A stretch of 64,000 nucleotides of DNA from Candidatus Zixiibacteriota bacterium. GTDB taxonomy: Bacteria; Zixibacteria; MSB-5A5; GN15; JAAZOE01. Under the pieces are notes generated by a model. It was given only the letters and a program-made list of their open reading frames with translations, was not told the origin of the DNA and ran no database searches. The position numbers and the translations under genes were made by a program. The stretch covers positions 64,001 to 128,000 of the forward strand of contig JBDREQ010000025.1 in NCBI GenBank assembly GCA_043819555.1, written 5' to 3'. This document shows positions 58,935-64,000 of this stretch, in pieces (position 1 is the stretch's first letter; each line of letters opens with the position of its first letter).

Positions 58935-59669
58935 TCAATTGGCATCAATCAGACTTCCGGAGCCGGTTACGGTCAGGTTAATTGAAGGCTGGCCTTTGTA
59001 ATAAATTGTTCCGACGCCGCTGAGTACTCCATTTAAATAATCATCGGCATAGAGTTCAATGTTTCCCACTCCGCTCAGATTAATAACAGTGGTATCGGTA
59101 ATGAAATCAAAGGCGATAACATTTCCCGCTCCGGGGTGGTTACAGGCATGATTGGTCGCCGAGCCGCTTAAAATAATATTTCCAGCTCCAGCTAACAATG
59201 AACTAAGTGTGGTAACGTAGGCGTTTAATATAATATTGCCTGCACCCGGCAAATCTATAATCAGTTCATCTTCCTGAATGGTTCCGGTGTTTGTGATATT
59301 TCCCGCGCCGGTCAATACCAACTCTTCGACGCCGGTCATAACCAGATTAACATTCAGGTCCATATTTGAAAAAGTCGTGTTGGGCGCCGAGCCAATTATC
59401 AGCACTCCATTTACCACGGTGGTGGTTATATATTGATGGATATTATCATCCACCGATATTGAAACTGAATGTTGCGCGCCCATCGTGATGTTAACGTCGC
59501 CGGCTGACCTGAAATTAACCGATTGAAAATTGGGCAGTGTTCTTTCGATTGTGGTTATATTGCCGGAGCCGGTAATTTTTACTGAGCTAGTCGGATTATC
59601 ATCAACTGAACATGATACAAACAACGTCAGCGATAATAAGCACAATATAAAAGATGGAATAGGTTTCAT
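58935..59669 (-). CDS. DUF2807 (GIN head domain) lipoprotein
   Basis: Lipobox LFVSC; ITGSGN, repeated GAGNI/SGVGNI beta-helix units; SD GGAGG. Confidence 0.88.
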   Translation of the reverse strand: MKPIPSFILCLLSLTLFVSCSVDDNPTSSVKITGSGNITTIERTLPNFQSVNFRSAGDVNITMGAQHSVSISVDDNIHQYITTTVVNGVLIIGSAPNTTFSNMDLNVNLVMTGVEELVLTGAGNITNTGTIQEDELIIDLPGAGNIILNAYVTTLSSLLAGAGNIILSGSATNHACNHPGAGNVIAFDFITDTTVINLSGVGNIELYADDYLNGVLSGVGTIYYKGQPSINLTVTGSGSLIDAN

Positions 59670-59822
59670 TTTTTGGCCTCCCTTTTTTAAAGATATCTTT
59701 GAATACTCCATTTCACGATAATTGTTTCAATTTAATGCGACGGATTTAATTATGCGAACTCAAAGTTAAGAGTTAATTGCTTTATTGACTTTTGGAGAAT
59801 AATCGGCTTTTATTAGCCCATT

Positions 59823-60548
59823 ATGATTGAAAAACCTCCAGAGAAGGAAATGTCGTTTCTCGACCATCTTGAGGAACTGCGCCGCAGAATCCTCCGCTCA
59901 ATCGCGGCGATATTTATCGGTGCAATTGCGGCTTATTTCGTTTCAGAATGGTTAGTCAATATTGTCTCGGCTCCACTGGCTGATGTGGGTGTCTATTTTA
60001 AGGCTCCGGCTGAGGCGTTTTTGACGCATATAAAAATATCTTTGTTTGCCGGAATAATAATCTCGTCACCGATTATCCTGTATCAAATCTGGATGTTTGT
60101 CGGACCGGGGCTTCTAAAAAGCGAAGTCATAATCGTAATACCGATTGTGGCATCATCGACGGTTTTTTTCCTTCTGGGCGGGTCTTTCTGCTTTTTTTAC
60201 GTCCTTCCGCTGGCGGTCAAGTTCTTGCTCGAATTTGGCACTGATAATATGAGACCGATGATTATGATTGGTGATTACATATCATTTGCCGGCGCTTTGG
60301 TTTTGGCCTTTGGAATTGTATTTGAGCTTCCGGTGGCGTCGTTTATTTTGGGGCGGATCGGAATTATAGATCATAAGATGCTGGGCAAGGGGAGACGCTA
60401 CGCCGTAGTTGGAATATTTATATTGGCAGCGGTAATAACTCCTCCCGATATGATTAGCCAGCTCCTATTGGGTATCCCTCTTTATTTGTTATATGAAGTA
60501 TCAATTATCGTTGTATGGATGACCGGGCGGGATCGGAATCGCGAATAA
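59823..60548 (+). CDS. tatC: twin-arginine translocase subunit TatC
   Basis: SFLDHLEELRRR, P.EAF, FVGPGL, FELP, ITPPD, LYE. Confidence 0.96.
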   Translation: MIEKPPEKEMSFLDHLEELRRRILRSIAAIFIGAIAAYFVSEWLVNIVSAPLADVGVYFKAPAEAFLTHIKISLFAGIIISSPIILYQIWMFVGPGLLKSEVIIVIPIVASSTVFFLLGGSFCFFYVLPLAVKFLLEFGTDNMRPMIMIGDYISFAGALVLAFGIVFELPVASFILGRIGIIDHKMLGKGRRYAVVGIFILAAVITPPDMISQLLLGIPLYLLYEVSIIVVWMTGRDRNRE

Positions 60549-60562
60549 TTGGCTCTGGTTGC

Positions 60563-60591
60563 TTGACAGAATTCGTATCGATTGTTAGATT
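60563..60591 (+). promoter_or_regulatory. sigma70 promoter for tRNA-Gly and downstream genes
   Basis: TTGACA-17-TAGATT with TG extension. Confidence 0.75.
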
Positions 60592-60682
60592 CTTTTCAAG
60601 ATTTTTCGTACATAATGCCAGATAACCGGGGCGTGTAATGAAACCTGTTCGCGTATTCCCGACTGGCCGATAAGAGAACCAA

Positions 60683-60754
60683 GCGGGTGTAATTCAGTGG
60701 TAGAATGTCAGCTTCCCAAGCTGGACGTCGTGGGTTCGAGCCCCATCACCCGCT
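60683..60754 (+). tRNA. tRNA-Gly(CCC), CCA not encoded
   Basis: GCGGGTG/CACCCGC, ATTC/GAAT, TCAGC-TTCCCAA-GCTGG, GTGGG-TTCGAGC-CCCAT, U73. Confidence 0.96.
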
Positions 60755-60767
60755 TTTTTTTAATGTT

Positions 60768-62060
60768 ATGAAAGTAGTTGCGATAACAAAGTCTTCGCCA
60801 TTTTATGGTGAAATCAGGCCGGGAGCCGAATTGGTTTCTGTCAACGGGCATCCTATATCCGACGAGATCGATTTTCATTTTTACAATACCGAAGATGTTT
60901 TGCGTCTCGATTTTCTTATCGATGGGGAAAAAAAGAATATTGAAATCGAGGAGGCCTATGACTGTGGCGATCTGGGGTTGGAATTTGAAGGGACGAAAAT
61001 AAAAATCTGCAATAATAATTGTATTTTTTGCTTCGTTCATCAGCAGCCCAAAGGGATGCGCCGGAGTTTGTATATCAAAGATGATGATTACCGGTTTTCG
61101 TTTACTCATGGCAATTATATTTCTCTGTCGGGAATAACCGATGCCGATTTTGATCGAATCATTGAGCAGCGTTTGTCGCCTTTATATATTTCCGTTCATG
61201 CCACCGACGATAGACTGAGACGGTGCATATTTCAAAATGAAAAATTGCCCCGGATTATTCCGGCCATAGAGAAACTTGTCAGGAATGGAATTACGGTTCA
61301 TACCCAAACGGTTATTTGTCCCGGAATTAATGACGGCGAGCACCTCAAACAAACTATTGATAATCTGGCCGGATTTTATCCCGGAGTGGCCTCGCTGGCG
61401 GTGGTGCCGGTGGGGCTGACGAAATATAGAAAGCGCCTGCATGATTTGCGGACTTATTCTGAAAAAGAGGCTGATCAAATTATTAGAATTATTAATAAGG
61501 CGCAAAAACGATTTCAGAAAACAATCAAGACCCGATTCGTTTATGCCGCTGATGAATTTTATTTATTGGCTGGAATGGATTTCCCAACTCTGCTAAGTTA
61601 TGAAGACATGCACCAGTTTGAAAACGGCGTTGGGATGGCTCGTCAATTTATCACCGATTTCAATCGGAGAAGGAGATGGTTGCCAGGGGGCATTTCAAAA
61701 AAATTGCGAATAGGAATTATCACCGGCCGGTCGGCTGAGCCGTTTATGAAATCGGTTGTTATATCTGCTCTGGATAAAATTAAAAACTTAAAATCATCGT
61801 TGTATGTTGTCGATAATGATTTTTGGGGAGATACGGTTACGGTAACGGGATTATTGACGGGGAATGATATTCTGAAACGACTTAAAAATCAAAAACCGGA
61901 TATACTCCTTTTGCCGCCGAATTGTCTTAATGCGGATGAGCTGTTTCTTGACAATTTGAGCCTTGAGGAGTTTACTAAAGAAATTGGATGTCCGGTTTTG
62001 AACGGTTCATACGACCTTGTAAATCTTATCCATCGGGCTATTGAGATGAGGAATATTTAA
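60768..62060 (+). CDS. DUF512 family PDZ/radical-SAM-like Fe-S protein
   Basis: PDZ-like N-terminus, CNNNCIFCF, SLY.KDDDYR.SF, SPLYISVH, VVPVGLT, QFENGVG; start ATG 60768. Confidence 0.92.
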   Translation: MKVVAITKSSPFYGEIRPGAELVSVNGHPISDEIDFHFYNTEDVLRLDFLIDGEKKNIEIEEAYDCGDLGLEFEGTKIKICNNNCIFCFVHQQPKGMRRSLYIKDDDYRFSFTHGNYISLSGITDADFDRIIEQRLSPLYISVHATDDRLRRCIFQNEKLPRIIPAIEKLVRNGITVHTQTVICPGINDGEHLKQTIDNLAGFYPGVASLAVVPVGLTKYRKRLHDLRTYSEKEADQIIRIINKAQKRFQKTIKTRFVYAADEFYLLAGMDFPTLLSYEDMHQFENGVGMARQFITDFNRRRRWLPGGISKKLRIGIITGRSAEPFMKSVVISALDKIKNLKSSLYVVDNDFWGDTVTVTGLLTGNDILKRLKNQKPDILLLPPNCLNADELFLDNLSLEEFTKEIGCPVLNGSYDLVNLIHRAIEMRNI

Positions 62061-63376
62061 TGCCATTGCCTATTGTCGCCATAGTGGGCCGCCCCAACGT
62101 TGGAAAATCATCAATGTTCAACCGTATGATAAAAAAACGACTGGCTGTGGTTGACAGCGTTTCAGGTGTGACCCGCGACAGGAATTTCGCGCCATGCGAT
62201 TGGAACGGCCGGGATTTCTATCTGGTTGACACGGGCGGAATGGTTCCCGGAACTGATGATCAAATGGAGCAGTTGATCCTGGAACAGGCTCAGATTGGTC
62301 TTGATGAGGCCGACATTATTATTTTTATGGTCGATTGCCAAACCGGAATTACCGATCTGGATTCACTAATCGCGCGGCAACTATTAAGGGCGGATAAATC
62401 GATAATAATATCACCCAATAAGGCAGATAATGAGCAACTCGAAATGAACGCCGGCGAGTTTTATAGCCTTGGCTTTAAGCGGTTGTTTTGCGTATCAGCG
62501 GCAAACGGTCGCGGGGTCGGCGATCTTCTGGATGAGATTATCCGACTTCTGCCAGAAACCGAAGCTGAAAAACAGAAAGACAACCGCATCCGTGTTGCCG
62601 TGGTAGGGCGGCCAAATGTCGGAAAATCGTCTTTTGTCAATTGCCTTCTGGGCGAAGAGCGGCATATAGTTTCAGAGCACCCAGGAACGACTCGTGATTC
62701 GATAGATTCAGTGATATCCCTGAATGACAAGTCATATGTTCTGGTGGATACGGCCGGATTGCGGAAAAAAAGTCGGATTAAAGAAAATATCGAATTTTAT
62801 ACGACTCTTCGAACTTTTCGCGCCGTGCAGCGTTGTGATGTCGCTTTGATTCTTCTTGATGCCAATGAAGGATTAAATGTTCAGGAACTGAAAATCATTG
62901 ATGAGGTCGCTGAAGCCGGACGGGGAATGGTTTTGGCAGTCAATAAATGGGATATATTTGAAAAAGATGAAAAATCGGCGATGTTTTATTCCCGGCAGCT
63001 GGCAGAGGCGATGCCAACTTTTAATTATATCCCGTCGATATTTACATCCGCAAAAACCGGCCAGCGGGTCGCGAAAACTCTGAGCTTAATTGATCGCGTG
63101 TATCATGAATATACCAAGCGCATTGAAACATCGGCGCTGAACAAATTTCTTGAAGGCGCCGTCAAGAGGCAGCCGCCGCCAGCTACTAAAGGCAAGTGGA
63201 TAAAATTTTATTACATTTCCCAGCCAAACACGGCGCCTCCGCTTTTTGTCGTCGCCACGAATTATCCTCAATATATTCAGGATCCATATCGTCGCTATCT
63301 GATAAATCGTTTGCGCGAGCAATTTGGTTTTGAGGGTATTCCTTTAAGAATTAAATTCAAGGGTCGTTCCGAATAA
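62060..63376 (+). CDS. der: ribosome biogenesis GTPase Der (EngA)
   Basis: Two GRPNVGKSS domains, GVTRD/GTTRD, DTGG/DTAG, NKxD, KH-like C-terminus. Confidence 0.97.
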   Translation: MPLPIVAIVGRPNVGKSSMFNRMIKKRLAVVDSVSGVTRDRNFAPCDWNGRDFYLVDTGGMVPGTDDQMEQLILEQAQIGLDEADIIIFMVDCQTGITDLDSLIARQLLRADKSIIISPNKADNEQLEMNAGEFYSLGFKRLFCVSAANGRGVGDLLDEIIRLLPETEAEKQKDNRIRVAVVGRPNVGKSSFVNCLLGEERHIVSEHPGTTRDSIDSVISLNDKSYVLVDTAGLRKKSRIKENIEFYTTLRTFRAVQRCDVALILLDANEGLNVQELKIIDEVAEAGRGMVLAVNKWDIFEKDEKSAMFYSRQLAEAMPTFNYIPSIFTSAKTGQRVAKTLSLIDRVYHEYTKRIETSALNKFLEGAVKRQPPPATKGKWIKFYYISQPNTAPPLFVVATNYPQYIQDPYRRYLINRLREQFGFEGIPLRIKFKGRSE

Positions 63377-63497
63377 TATCTGGCCTTTTACCTCGGGTAT
63401 GATATATAACCTTACCCCTTATTTGTTTTTAATTAATAAAATACATCTCCGGCCGATATATCGATAAATAGAATAAAAATACCTATTGGAAGATAAT

Positions 63498-64000
63498 TTG
63501 GAGTATCTGGACACTAAATACGATCTCGAGGAAAAGATCCATGAACTCGAGAACAAATTGGAAGCAAAGAATCAGGAAGTTCATGATTTAGCCAATATTG
63601 CCGCCGTCATTACTTCGATTCTTGACCAGGAATCAGTTCTTACCGTCGCAATGGAAATCGCTATCCGTCAGGTTGCCGGTGAAGTCGGCGCGGTAGTAAT
63701 GCTTGAAAATGATCAAATAACTGTCAAGGTTGCCTGGGGTTTGGACGCCGGTGTAATTGAAGGTCAGAAGTACAAAGATGATAAAGATATTGTCCGTTAT
63801 TGTCTCAATCAAAACCAGGCGTTCTATGATAATGATTGCCAAAAAGGTTTTACCAGTGATTTCCCCGCCAACAATTTTATAATTTCGCCTCTTGGTTCCA
63901 AGGCTGTATCAGGAGTAATGATAATATTTAATAAGGAGGCAGGCGGGGAATTTAGTGATCGTGATCTTGAAGCAATGGAAATGATATGTCAGTTCACATC
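63498..64000 (+). CDS. coiled-coil + GAF domain signalling protein, 3'-truncated (absent from the ORF track)
   Basis: Open frame from TTG: LEYLDTKYDLEEKIHELE...ITSILDQESVL...FIISPL...GVMIIFNK..GGEFSDRDLEAM. Confidence 0.8.
   Translation, partial: MEYLDTKYDLEEKIHELENKLEAKNQEVHDLANIAAVITSILDQESVLTVAMEIAIRQVAGEVGAVVMLENDQITVKVAWGLDAGVIEGQKYKDDKDIVRYCLNQNQAFYDNDCQKGFTSDFPANNFIISPLGSKAVSGVMIIFNKEAGGEFSDRDLEAMEMICQFT

Noticed and set aside
60705..60767. N-terminal extension of the DUF512 gene
   Set aside because: It reads through tRNA-Gly; the real start is ATG 60768
1..64000. Prophage, IS, defence island or selenoprotein read-through
   Set aside because: No integrase, transposase, phage or defence motifs recognised, and no in-frame TGA splitting a recognisable protein was noticed

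Overview
Gene-dense, mostly housekeeping bacterial chromosome segment with no prophage, CRISPR array, rRNA or transposase. Zixibacteria-style dockerins, a cohesin-like protein and T9SS-like C-terminal domains suggest candidate phylum Zixibacteria or a nearby FCB-group lineage (inference). It holds about 57 CDS and 2 tRNAs. Two systems stand out. (1) A tRNA-His(GUG) gene lacks the near-universal encoded G-1 and has G1:U72 and A73. It sits 23 nt upstream of a hisS with the KPGPGRF motif-2 loop, so this looks like a co-transcribed alphaproteobacterial-type, G-1-independent tRNA-His/HisRS pair, flanked by REP-like repeats. (2) A 7-gene Ras-like GTPase module lies directly upstream of pilB-pilT-pilC-pilS and downstream of comEC. 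It comprises a DUF4388 protein, a membrane protein, TPR-Roadblock, membrane-Roadblock, a free Roadblock, MglA with a ~190-aa disordered tail ending in a MinD-like membrane helix, and MglB. Also present: several apparent pseudoenzymes (S9 peptidase Ser->Arg, RNase H-like, SbnI-like), an archaeal-type ferredoxin plus geranylgeranyl reductase pair, an ArsR plus Cys-Cys microprotein module, two probable frameshifts, recurring sigma28-like promoter motifs and several structured intergenic elements. All family calls come from motif recognition only; no database searches were run.
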